This document shows, piece after piece, positions 20,775 to 29,619 of a DNA stretch of 64,000 nucleotides. A program made the position numbers and the translations under genes. The notes beneath the pieces are model-generated. The model ran no database searches and was not told where the DNA came from. It saw only the letters and a program-made list of their open reading frames with translations. Origin of the DNA: Sphingobacteriaceae bacterium (GTDB lineage: Bacteria; Bacteroidota; Bacteroidia; UBA7662); assembly GCA_030682795.1 (NCBI GenBank), contig JAUXNJ010000010.1, positions 176,660-240,659 on the forward strand, read 5' to 3'. Numbering within the stretch: the stretch's first letter is position 1; every line of letters starts with the position of its first letter.

Positions 20775-21266
20775 TTACAAAAGCTTACCAATGACCTTCA
20801 TTGGCAAAAAGAGCCGACCACTGTCGGGTAGTTGCTCGAAACCAAAGTTCGTATAAAAGCGCTTGGCCTTTTCACTGATGGGATCGGTTACCACTGCCAT
20901 GGCGCCAATGCTACTTTCTGAGGTTTGGTAGCTGCGAAAAAGGGCATCCAACAACAAATGCTCTCCTAAGCCTTGTCCTTTCATGCGCATGTCTCGGGCC
21001 AAACGACCCAGCAAAATGACGGGGGCATTATAGTTAGCAGGCACTTGCTTGATATATTGGGTAGGAATGGCATCTCGGCCCAAACTATCGCTCGAAAGGG
21101 TGTAGTAGCCCAACACTTGCTCAGTTTCGTTGGCGGTCACAAAGCAAGTAACCAGTTTTTTGCGGATATCTTGGCCTACTTGCTGTCGCAGGTAATGAAC
21201 GAGGGATGGCTCTTCGCACTCAAATTGATCGCGAAGGTGGTGATGGCCAAGTCGGACGATTTGCAC
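20775..21266 (-). CDS. GNAT acetyltransferase toxin (TacT/AtaT-like)
   Basis: FECEEPSLVHYL, GYYTLS, LLGRLARD...GQGLG and FYTNFGF; downstream of a DUF1778 gene. Confidence 0.88.
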   Translation of the reverse strand: MQIVRLGHHHLRDQFECEEPSLVHYLRQQVGQDIRKKLVTCFVTANETEQVLGYYTLSSDSLGRDAIPTQYIKQVPANYNAPVILLGRLARDMRMKGQGLGEHLLLDALFRSYQTSESSIGAMAVVTDPISEKAKRFYTNFGFEQLPDSGRLFLPMKVIGKLL

Positions 21267-21269
21267 CGG

Positions 21270-21551
21270 TTAACTGCTTTTCGACTGATAACGCTGGGCG
21301 GCCGTACGCAAGGCCTCATTTGGTTCAGCATCGCCAAAAACGGCATCGAAGAACAAGGTTCTATCGCGCTCCGAAGCTAAAATGCGGTCGTTTTGAGCAA
21401 TGATTTCTTCTGATTTTTGCCGTACAATCCGCAGCATGAAGGTGCTGAACGAGCGATCGCCGTGTAACTTTTGCGCCTTTTGAAACAGTCGTTTGTCTTC
21501 TGCTGACACGCGTAGCTCGATGCGCTCGTCTTTGCTAGTATTATTGGCCAT
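21270..21551 (-). CDS. DUF1778 RHH antitoxin (TacA/AtaR-like)
   Basis: KDERIELRVSAEDKRLFQKA...FFDAV...PNEALR. Confidence 0.88.
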   Translation of the reverse strand: MANNTSKDERIELRVSAEDKRLFQKAQKLHGDRSFSTFMLRIVRQKSEEIIAQNDRILASERDRTLFFDAVFGDAEPNEALRTAAQRYQSKSS

Positions 21552-21566
21552 GACGTCGAAATATCA

Positions 21567-21591
21567 CAAATGTACGGATAAATTCCGTACA
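21567..21591 (-). promoter_or_regulatory. TA promoter with overlapping palindromic operator
   Basis: Perfect inverted repeat TGTACGGA-N5-TCCGTACA (21571-21591) overlaps the TACATTTG -7 box (21567-21574, minus strand). Confidence 0.75.
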
Positions 21592-21637
21592 ATGCAAATG
21601 CGTCGAACGTACAAATCAGCTGGAGATTCGGCTTTTG

Positions 21638-22363
21638 CTAAAACTCGTTCATCACCCAAGGCAACATGGCGCGCCAAGTAGGCCAGTCGTGCGTCCATTC
21701 TTGCCCCCAAATGCTGAGGTGGTGTGCAATGCCTTTATTATGCAGCAGGGTGCTGAAATCGCGCGAGGCGTTTGGGTCTTCGTAAGCCCCACTACCGGTG
21801 GCAATGAGGATTTTCCCTGCTCGGATGCGCTCCAAAGTTGGGTGATCGGTGAGGTTGGGGATGTAGTGAGCCGGACTGTTGAAATACACCTCGTCGCTGT
21901 AAAAGCCGTCGGTATACTCCTGCAAATTGTACACCCCGCTCATGGCTACCACCCCTTGAAACAGGTCTGGACGCTTCAAAAACAGGTTCATGCTGTGCAA
22001 TGCCCCAAAGGATGCCCCCGAGGGAATGATGGGCGTATCGCCGGAGCTGTGGTTGCGGATAAAGGGCACCACCTCGTTAAAAATGTAATCGTTCCACTGG
22101 TTGTGGCGAATGGCACGGTGCTCTGGCCGCATTCCTTTGTTGAGCCAGCTTTCGTTGTTGATGCTGTCGACGCTGTACACCTTTACCTTGCCGGCCTCTA
22201 TGTGACCGCTGATTTGGTCGAGCAGCTGAAAACGCTCATACTCGAGGTAGTCGGCCGCGGCCGTAGGAATGAGCAGCAGGGCAGGACCATAATGGCCATA
22301 ACACGCAATGGGCATGTCTTTTTGCAAGGCGGCGCTGTGCCAGCCAGTAATTTCGCGGTGCAT
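21638..22363 (-). CDS. Esterase family alpha/beta hydrolase
   Basis: YGHYG, GASFG nucleophile, MSGVY and HDWPTW. Confidence 0.88.
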   Translation of the reverse strand: MHREITGWHSAALQKDMPIACYGHYGPALLLIPTAAADYLEYERFQLLDQISGHIEAGKVKVYSVDSINNESWLNKGMRPEHRAIRHNQWNDYIFNEVVPFIRNHSSGDTPIIPSGASFGALHSMNLFLKRPDLFQGVVAMSGVYNLQEYTDGFYSDEVYFNSPAHYIPNLTDHPTLERIRAGKILIATGSGAYEDPNASRDFSTLLHNKGIAHHLSIWGQEWTHDWPTWRAMLPWVMNEF

Positions 22364-22418
22364 AAGGTAGGTTTCAGGTTTCGAGCCTAAAAGCTAAGCA
22401 TTTTTTGGGAGATGGGGA
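22278..22418. repeat. 141-bp direct repeat, copy 1 (intact esterase upstream region and first ~28 codons)
   Basis: Aligns without gaps to 25443-25583 with about 9 mismatches. Confidence 0.92.
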
Positions 22419-22789
22419 CTCAAGTGCAGAAAAATGAGATTAAATTCCTAGAGTTGTAGCGACTAACGAAAGAACGTTGCAATTAAAGTTTGAACACTAC
22501 AGCAGGTAAGGACAATCGGATGTCAAGCAAATCTATTTTCATAGATTGGAGCCGATTAAGAGAGAAAATCGCTGTTCATTTAAAATACATCTAGCGCTAA
22601 AGTAATTGAATACGCAATACATAAAATGTAGCTACAAATCCCCAATACGGACTAGCTTCGAAATAGCAGTTTGGATGATTACCATGACATTTTGGAGATT
22701 TAATAAACCGCTGATTAAATTATAGAGCTTGACACAACTTAAAGTCAAATAGTGCTATACGTCATACAGTAGTGTTTATTCAAACAATT

Positions 22790-23212
22790 TTACATCGGCT
22801 TGCTTGCGTCTAATCGACTGTAGGTTGTTTTCCTTTGATCTTGAATAATAAGTGTCGAACTCCAGCCTAATTCATCCAGAGTTAAATCTTTTGGCAAAGT
22901 GGATTTAATCATTGCTAAACTGTCGTTATCTGAAACTATGGAAGTATTCTTAGGAAGTCCTAATCGTTTTCTAATGCTTTCTGCTTCTATCTTTCTAGTT
23001 TTTTTTATGTACAGTGTCAATCGTTGTGGATTCTTGGGCATCAATTGTTCAATCATATTTGGCACGTAACGATTACATTCTAGGCAATTGTCTACATTAT
23101 AAACGATAGCAATCCGAGGTTCTTGAGAACGTTGCTCAAATGCACAACTGGCAAAAACGATTAAAGAGATTGCCAGATATAAAATTTTTCGTCTTTGGAA
23201 AGTAAATAGCAT
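22790..23212 (-). CDS. Lipoprotein with thioredoxin-like CxxC
   Basis: Lipobox-like FASC; IAIVYNVDNCLEC. Confidence 0.55.
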   Translation of the reverse strand: MLFTFQRRKILYLAISLIVFASCAFEQRSQEPRIAIVYNVDNCLECNRYVPNMIEQLMPKNPQRLTLYIKKTRKIEAESIRKRLGLPKNTSIVSDNDSLAMIKSTLPKDLTLDELGWSSTLIIQDQRKTTYSRLDASKPM

Positions 23213-24264
23213 GGGTGTCCGTTTGAGTCATTATTCGTGACGAGGATTTGCTCGATAGTATATCCTTGAGGTGGTGATATGTTTTGAAATGTTTGACTTT
23301 TTAAATCTTTACTACTTAGATAGCTTCGTTTATCTCCACCTATATCAAGCCATATGAAAGCCGGCGAGTGGTTATTGATGTGCACAAGTATATGTTTGGT
23401 TGAAAGTTGGATCTTCTCCTTTTCTTCTAGCACTTCACCAAAACCATCTTCGGAAAGAAGCAACGTTTTATGAAGGTCTTTATTCGGTAAAGCAAACGCT
23501 GTTCCCCAAAAAAAACCAATATCTTCGGCATTTTGAGTCACATTATTTTCAATAAAATGACTCAATTTACCAGTTGATTTTAGAGGCATTATAAATGAAT
23601 TGTTTAGTTCCCACCTACTGAAGGCAACCTCGGAATCCAACAATGGGAGTGGATTTAGGTGGTAATTCGGTATGTAGAGCACATTGTTTATTATCCCACC
23701 CGACACGTAGGCATTTGGGTAATAAGGAAATGAATTGTTTCTGTCCTCAATTCCTGCACTTGATGCATGAAGTAGAAATGTTTCTTCCGGGCTAAAGTCG
23801 TTATTGAAATAAGTTAAGATGTTTGCAGTTGATTCCATGCTCTCGGACTCAATTCCTTCGCGATATGCACTGTAATTTATGTATCCTACAAATACAGGTC
23901 GCCCTGACCAAGTACTAAACCATCCCGTGGTTATGGATGTAAGCAGAATGCTGTCTGTTTGCTCAATTACTCTCAGTGTATCCATGATGGCATTTTGATG
24001 CGCAGCATCAATGAAATGTTGAAGTGAATCATAGCTAATTCGCTTTTTCAGTTTACCGGTGGTGGATGACACGACTATTATTTCCTGATTTTCTTTCAAG
24101 TCAAAACACACATATTCGCCGAGGGAATAACCTATAGGGTTTAACAACACGAAACCTTCCTCTTGAATTTGAATTGGCTGCTCGTCGTTAAACTTGTGTG
24201 GGCCTGAGTTACAGGCCACACACAAGCTCAAAAGCACAAGCATGTATAAATATGCTTTCTTCAT
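23161..24264 (-). CDS. Hypothetical lipoprotein (beta-rich, propeller-like)
   Basis: Signal ending CVAC; AT-rich 367-aa ORF. Confidence 0.65.
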   Translation of the reverse strand: MKKAYLYMLVLLSLCVACNSGPHKFNDEQPIQIQEEGFVLLNPIGYSLGEYVCFDLKENQEIIVVSSTTGKLKKRISYDSLQHFIDAAHQNAIMDTLRVIEQTDSILLTSITTGWFSTWSGRPVFVGYINYSAYREGIESESMESTANILTYFNNDFSPEETFLLHASSAGIEDRNNSFPYYPNAYVSGGIINNVLYIPNYHLNPLPLLDSEVAFSRWELNNSFIMPLKSTGKLSHFIENNVTQNAEDIGFFWGTAFALPNKDLHKTLLLSEDGFGEVLEEKEKIQLSTKHILVHINNHSPAFIWLDIGGDKRSYLSSKDLKSQTFQNISPPQGYTIEQILVTNNDSNGHPCYLLSKDEKFYIWQSL

Positions 24265-24279
24265 TTTTTGGATGTAGAT

Positions 24280-24594
24280 TTAATAGAGTTGATATGTTTC
24301 ATTACCAGCATCATCCACTCCGATGAAGGAATAATTATCGAAAAACTCATCCCCATTGTCTAGTTCTATCTTGTAGTTAACCAGCCCATTAGAATAAGTT
24401 AGGCGAATAATACAACAACGTGTATGATTAAGCATACAAACCACAATATTATTCCGTTTACTTAGGTGTGGAATTCCTTTTTTCTCACATTTAGCCACTG
24501 GTATTGAAGCCAGATTTTCACTGCTTGCAGTACTAAACGAGAATAAAATGGCAGATGCAACTGCCGCTACGGTTGCAATTTTTATCTTTTTCAT
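24280..24594 (-). CDS. Small secreted Cys-containing protein
   Basis: MKKIKIATVAAVASAILFSFS signal; four Cys (C...C.....CC). Confidence 0.65.
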   Translation of the reverse strand: MKKIKIATVAAVASAILFSFSTASSENLASIPVAKCEKKGIPHLSKRNNIVVCMLNHTRCCIIRLTYSNGLVNYKIELDNGDEFFDNYSFIGVDDAGNETYQLY

Positions 24595-24859
24595 TTTGTT
24601 TAAATTTTACCCCTCCATGCGGGTCGCATAAACACTGTGCTTACGGCCGTATAACATTGTTCAGGTACAAGTGTAAAAAAAAAAAACAATATACTCCAAA
24701 CTTTTCAGTAAATATTTATCACACTAGTAAAGCAATGTTTAAACTTTTAGTTGAAAAAGAAGGGCCTAAGACTAACAAAAGTTGGTTTACAGTTTGTATT
24801 CGGTATAATTGACTAACATATAGTTGTTTATACTATTTTGTGATTGCGGTTTCTTTTTT

Positions 24860-25410
24860 TCTACGATACAACCACAACTTCATTTTGGGGGCTGGAAAGA
24901 AAGTCCATTGGTCCATGAGTGGCGGTTTGGGTAAAGTTCGTAGGTTAGTATTGTTTGTGTGTTAATATTGCAGGGCTGATGCAGTGATGCTCTGCTTCAA
25001 ATAGCAACAAATGTACTGCCGTGTTCGGGTATGTTCAATATGATTTGTATTACAGCCACGGTTGCAAATGCAGATTTATAACAAATCATGGGAATCTATG
25101 GTTGATGCGGGATGCAGGTGTACCGTTTGGTTCCTTTATGGGTGTGCCAATTGCTGTAAATAGTGACGTGTTTGGTAGCTGATTAGATTGGTAGTTGGAT
25201 GGGTGACTTCAATGCTGTCAATTTCGTCGCAAACACAATATATGTGATGTTCACCTTTTGAATGTGGTAGTCAAAGGGGCCCCGTAAAAAAGGTGTTGCA
25301 GCAAAACTTCTGCCCTTGCCTATGTCTCAAAGCTGGTGCTTGCTATTGTCCCACGGTTTTGTACTTGATGGTTGTGGGCGCGAGCCTATCAAAACGATGC
25401 AGTTTCTTAA
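24860..25410 (-). pseudogene. Frameshifted paralog of the 28823-29482 gene
   Basis: Minus-strand fragments PTTIKYK, TPF..GP.DYHIQK, EIDSIEV and terminal PKMKLWLYR* match SPKNIKHK, TPFYGPANYQIQK, EVDSFEV and PKMKLWLYR* in order; there is no intact ORF. Confidence 0.78.
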
Positions 25411-25442
25411 ATATGGCCGCTCTTGGATTTTAATTACTTAAG

Positions 25443-25583
25443 AGGGCAGGGCCATAATGGCCATAACTCGCAATGGGCATGTCTTTTTGCAAGGCGGCGC
25501 TGTGTCAGCCGGTAATTTCGCGGTGCATACGGTAGGTTTCAGGTTTCGAGCCTAAAACCTAAGCAATTTTTGGGAATTGGGGA
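25443..25583 (-). repeat. 141-bp direct repeat, copy 2 (dead esterase 5' fragment)
   Basis: Copy of 22278-22418 in which Trp8 (TGG) has become TGA and a Cys codon has become Ser. Confidence 0.9.
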
Positions 25584-25634
25584 AGGCTCATTGGAAATTG
25601 ATGGGATTAATTGGAAAGGACCTATCTTTGTAAT

Positions 25635-25916
25635 ATGCTGAGTGATGCGCAACAAGAGGTCATTAAGTCGGTTACTAAAAAACTGAGACCAACTTTATTG
25701 GGAGTTTTTGGTTCCTACGCCAGAAACGAGGCCTCTGTTGACAGTGATTTAGATTTGCTCATTGATTTTGAACAAAGGGTAAATCTTATTGACCTCATCG
25801 GAATAGAGCAGGAGCTCTCCAAATCATTGGGAATAAAAGTTGATTTGGTTACTAAGCGATCAGTTCATACTGCCTTAGCACCATATATTGAGGCTGATTT
25901 GATTAGATTGATATGA
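25635..25916 (+). CDS. Minimal nucleotidyltransferase antitoxin (MNT/MntA-like)
   Basis: GVFGSYARNEASVDSDLDLL (GSx10DxD) and KVDLVT; TATCTTTG promoter at 25623-25630. Confidence 0.9.
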   Translation: MLSDAQQEVIKSVTKKLRPTLLGVFGSYARNEASVDSDLDLLIDFEQRVNLIDLIGIEQELSKSLGIKVDLVTKRSVHTALAPYIEADLIRLI

Positions 25917-26257
25917 AAACCCCAAGCATTTACTTACAACTCATTCATGAATGCTTGGTTAAAATTCAATCTTATACGCAGGACATGAATGAACAAGCGT
26001 TTTTAGAAAATCAGCTTGTCCAGGATGCTGTGATTCGAAATTTTGAAATTATTGGGGAAGCCACAAAAAAACTAAATTCCGATTTTCGTGCAAAATATCC
26101 TGAAATTGAGTGGAAGAAGATTGCAGGAATGCGTGACAAATTAATTCACGACTATATTGGCGTTGATTTATGGGCTGTATGGGGGGTGGTTGAAGAGATT
26201 TTGCCAGTTCTCGTATTCCAAATTGCCATTATTTTGGAAAAGGAGAGAAACTGCTAA
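25913..26257 (+). CDS. HEPN/DUF86 RNase toxin (HepT-like)
   Basis: DAVIRNFEIIGEA and MRDKLIHDY (Rx4HxY); ATGA overlap with the MNT gene. Confidence 0.92.
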   Translation: MKTPSIYLQLIHECLVKIQSYTQDMNEQAFLENQLVQDAVIRNFEIIGEATKKLNSDFRAKYPEIEWKKIAGMRDKLIHDYIGVDLWAVWGVVEEILPVLVFQIAIILEKERNC

Positions 26258-26275
26258 GAAGGGTGTCATAAATCT

Positions 26276-26527
26276 TTACAACTGTTTCGCCTTCCACGCT
26301 GGGATAATATGTTTCTTCAGATCTACCCAAAGCGTATGTAGTAGTGGAGCACTGATGAAGAGCATAAGTGTAAAATCGCTTTCTTCAAAACTAAAAACCA
26401 GGGCTAATAGGATTGCAATAACGCTGTATTTAAGCGCAAATAGCTTCTTTTGGGTGACTTTTGCATAGAAATAAGACATCAATCCAAAAACCAAAAGCAG
26501 GCCGATTATTAACAGTACTTCTTCCAT
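26276..26527 (-). CDS. Small membrane protein
   Basis: Three hydrophobic segments from MEEVLLIIG. Confidence 0.5.
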   Translation of the reverse strand: MEEVLLIIGLLLVFGLMSYFYAKVTQKKLFALKYSVIAILLALVFSFEESDFTLMLFISAPLLHTLWVDLKKHIIPAWKAKQL

Positions 26528-26661
26528 ATGTTTAGATTTAAGCCCATTGCTGGGGCAGTTGGCTTGATTTAATGTTAGAGAGAAGAACGAATTTAATAAA
26601 AGGCTGCCATTTCTTAAAATCAAAAAAAATGCTAAGCCCTAATTGGCTTTAATAGAACCTT

Positions 26662-27033
26662 TTATCGCGCATCCAACGCCTCACATTCCTTGATCACACA
26701 AACAAATCGGTCATTCATTTTGCAGCCTTCTCTGTCTGCAAGACTTTTGTAACCTACAAATACTTCTGCTGTGGCTCGACCAGCCATTTCTTTGACCAAG
26801 GCTAGGATTTCCTTTTCAACCAAGAAGGGTGTGAGGAAGCCTATTTCTGCCCCCCATTGCTCGCATGTAAAGGAAATGCTGGCCGTGAATTTGTCCCATT
26901 GTGCTTGTGGTACAGCCGCTGGCTTGGCGTTTTGCAGGACGGTATGGACTTGGGGGGAACTGGTTTCTTGTGCTTTAGCGCTTTGTAGCAGTAGGCTGAA
27001 ACCCAATATGAGATAAGGAAGGGGCTTTTTCAT
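26662..27033 (-). CDS. Small secreted hypothetical protein with four Cys
   Basis: Signal peptide ending AKA-Q. Confidence 0.65.
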   Translation of the reverse strand: MKKPLPYLILGFSLLLQSAKAQETSSPQVHTVLQNAKPAAVPQAQWDKFTASISFTCEQWGAEIGFLTPFLVEKEILALVKEMAGRATAEVFVGYKSLADREGCKMNDRFVCVIKECEALDAR

Positions 27034-27059
27034 GCTTGTAGCTAGTTTTTCGGTAGACG

Positions 27060-28511
27060 TTAATAGGTAAACTGCAGGGCCATTTTCTTCAATTCTAATT
27101 GACCGTTGGCAGTTTGCGTTGGAATATAGAGCATTTTTTCATGGATAAAGGCCTTGCTATATTGTAAAGGTTCAGTTGACGGTATTTCGAGCTTTACAAT
27201 TACCTTGTTTCTTTGAAGAATAGTTAGAAAATAGTTTTGTGATTCATCCTGATGATACAGGAACCACAATTCGTTACTAACGCGACCAGCACTCTGCAGA
27301 TTAAACGACCTTCCATTGGCAATGGTAGGAAGGGTAAAGTTGTACAAAGGGTTGTTTAAGTCGATGATTAAGCTGTCTCGACTTCTTGCCAGAAATAAAT
27401 GCTCTTTCGTTTCAACAAAACAGCTGTTTATATAGGATTGAGATAAAAAATCTGGATTACCATGCTCTGGGATTTTCGAGCGCTTGGCTTTCGTAATGGT
27501 TTCATTCTTGATTTTAAAGCTGCTTAGGCCTACTACATCACCTTTTTTGGAGCTTACTTCGGTACTTACATAGCCTTTTTGTCCTTGGATGAACAAATGG
27601 TCGAAATCATAATACGTTTTATCGGATAAATTGAATTCATCGGCAGTATGAATGACCTGTTTTTCAAAGGTGCGGCTGTCGATTTTTAAGAGAAAGCCAT
27701 ATGGCTCCGCACTTAGGATATGCTCTCCATTTTTCAATTTCGTTTTTTCGAAAGGCTGCGCTGCACAATGCACGTAAATATGGCCATCTGTGCTCACATG
27801 AACATCATACATGGGAAATGCATATCGATTGTTTGTGTTAAACCAACCGAAATATTGCTGGGCGAATGGTATTTTTTGCTTCTTGAGCACTGAAGCGTAA
27901 AGACTTTGCCAAGGCAGTTCTTTTTCTGGGGAAAAGCTAAAGAGTTGTTTACCTTGATAGTCGATTTTGTAGAGGACATTGTTGTCTGATTTGATCCAAA
28001 AGCCGTCTTTATCGGCATACAAGTAGTCGAGCACATGAAAATAAGGCAATTCAGGCACAAAAACGGATGCTTCCGCCTTCAAGCCTGGCGATATTGGCCA
28101 TGTTTTGCTCAGCAAGGCAGGGTTGAAGAGCTTGAGTGGACTGCTGTAAATCACTGAATCGCCCTCGGTTAGTTCTATGGTGTGAAACTGGTAGTTTATT
28201 TTTTGGTTGAAAACGACAGTATCCTCCATGATGCGACTAGCCAAAGGCGGAACAATGCCGATGTAATTTAGATAGGCAGCAGCTTTTCCTCCCATATCTG
28301 TGAAGTGAAAAATCAGACTGTCTGCGTTCACATGATGCCTTAAATTATTTACTATGACCGCAATTAAATGCCCCGTGTTATTGCTTCCTACTCTATGGTT
28401 GATGTACAAATGTACCGCCTTTGGGGACTGTTGCGCTAGACTCAAGCTTCCAGTTAAAAGCGAACATAGTACTAGGAGTAGGCAGAATTTTGTATTGTAT
28501 TTTATTGGCAT
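27060..28511 (-). CDS. Secreted hypothetical protein (beta-rich, propeller-like C-terminal part)
   Basis: 483 aa with signal peptide SLA-Q; aromatic and beta-strand-rich. Confidence 0.7.
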   Translation of the reverse strand: MPIKYNTKFCLLLVLCSLLTGSLSLAQQSPKAVHLYINHRVGSNNTGHLIAVIVNNLRHHVNADSLIFHFTDMGGKAAAYLNYIGIVPPLASRIMEDTVVFNQKINYQFHTIELTEGDSVIYSSPLKLFNPALLSKTWPISPGLKAEASVFVPELPYFHVLDYLYADKDGFWIKSDNNVLYKIDYQGKQLFSFSPEKELPWQSLYASVLKKQKIPFAQQYFGWFNTNNRYAFPMYDVHVSTDGHIYVHCAAQPFEKTKLKNGEHILSAEPYGFLLKIDSRTFEKQVIHTADEFNLSDKTYYDFDHLFIQGQKGYVSTEVSSKKGDVVGLSSFKIKNETITKAKRSKIPEHGNPDFLSQSYINSCFVETKEHLFLARSRDSLIIDLNNPLYNFTLPTIANGRSFNLQSAGRVSNELWFLYHQDESQNYFLTILQRNKVIVKLEIPSTEPLQYSKAFIHEKMLYIPTQTANGQLELKKMALQFTY

Positions 28512-28590
28512 GAGTGAAGTCGTTGGTGATGCGTTGGATTAGAATTATGCTTCTAAAATAGTAGAATTTCTATTTTGAATGCCTTATGTT

Positions 28591-28809
28591 TTAGTTCGTG
28601 ATTACTTCAGAAAAATATTTTGTTACCGCGTTTTGATAGTTTGAAATACTAGGTGTATCGGTTCTCAAACTTAGGGCAGGAAATTCGCCTTTGGAACTAT
28701 CCACCAATACCAAAGCTGGTGGTAATTGCGCATGGGCTGAGACAAAGTTCAAAAGCAGGCTGGTGAAAAGCCAAAGCAGCAATAGACTAGATTTTTTAAA
28801 GGTCAGCAT
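28591..28809 (-). CDS. Short secreted ORF, possibly a truncated gene
   Basis: Clear signal peptide (AHA-Q) followed by only ~45 residues. Confidence 0.4.
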   Translation of the reverse strand: MLTFKKSSLLLLWLFTSLLLNFVSAHAQLPPALVLVDSSKGEFPALSLRTDTPSISNYQNAVTKYFSEVITN

Positions 28810-28822
28810 TATATGTTTGTTT

Positions 28823-29482
28823 TCAACGGTACAACCACAACTTCATTTTTGGGACAACAATCCAATCAATCCTCGGCCCTGGATATTTGTCTGGATACGT
28901 CATCAGTGCACGATACATCATTAGTCCCGTACTATCAGAAAAATAAAACGTTTCATCTGAATTAACAATGCCAACTTTGAGATAAAAACAAGCATCCCAA
29001 CTGTTTTGCGGGTGGTTTTTGGGGAATTGGTTAGGATGGAGGTTGATAGAAAGCAAATAGACCGAATCGGTGGTAACTGGTAATTGTGGAGTGATTTGAA
29101 GTTGTTTGCGGCCTTCGAGTTTCTGCCAGCCTCTGTAAATCAATTTTGTTTCGCAAGTGGTGAGGTTGGTGTAGAGCATGCTTACTTCGAAGCTGTCGAC
29201 TTCGGCACATTTACAATGTAAGGGCATGCTTATTTTTTGAATTTGGTAGTTTGCAGGGCCGTAGAAAGGTGTAGACCAATACACTCTATCATTTTGATTT
29301 TCGAAAAAACTATATCGGCCCCAACTGCGCGTACGGTTTTTATGTTTGATATTTTTAGGCGAAGCTTCTACAACTACCGTATCGTTCAAAGAAGATTGAG
29401 CAAAGACCTCATGGAAGGAGCCAAATGTCACGGCTAAAAAAACCAAAAAACAGAAGCTAGTAAAAGATTGCTTAGGCGGCAT
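28823..29482 (-). CDS. Secreted hypothetical protein
   Basis: Signal peptide ending VFA-Q; has a decayed paralog at 24860-25410. Confidence 0.68.
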   Translation of the reverse strand: MPPKQSFTSFCFLVFLAVTFGSFHEVFAQSSLNDTVVVEASPKNIKHKNRTRSWGRYSFFENQNDRVYWSTPFYGPANYQIQKISMPLHCKCAEVDSFEVSMLYTNLTTCETKLIYRGWQKLEGRKQLQITPQLPVTTDSVYLLSINLHPNQFPKNHPQNSWDACFYLKVGIVNSDETFYFSDSTGLMMYRALMTYPDKYPGPRIDWIVVPKMKLWLYR

Positions 29483-29553
29483 TCGGGCTATGGTTGTACT
29501 TAGCACAAGTTAAATAATTGCTGCTCAAAGGCCAAATTTTGTTCAGTGTCAAT

Positions 29554-29610
29554 TCATTATCCTTGTAATTTTAAATCATACTTCGAAAATTGCGAGGATT
29601 ATTTTGATTT
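29554..29610. repeat. 57-bp palindromic direct repeat, copy A (9 bp downstream of the ATPase stop)
   Basis: tcattatccttgtaattttaaatcatacttcgaaaattgcgaggattattttgattt; 54/57 identical to 30783-30839. Confidence 0.92.
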
Positions 29611-29619
29611 GGAACCCGC

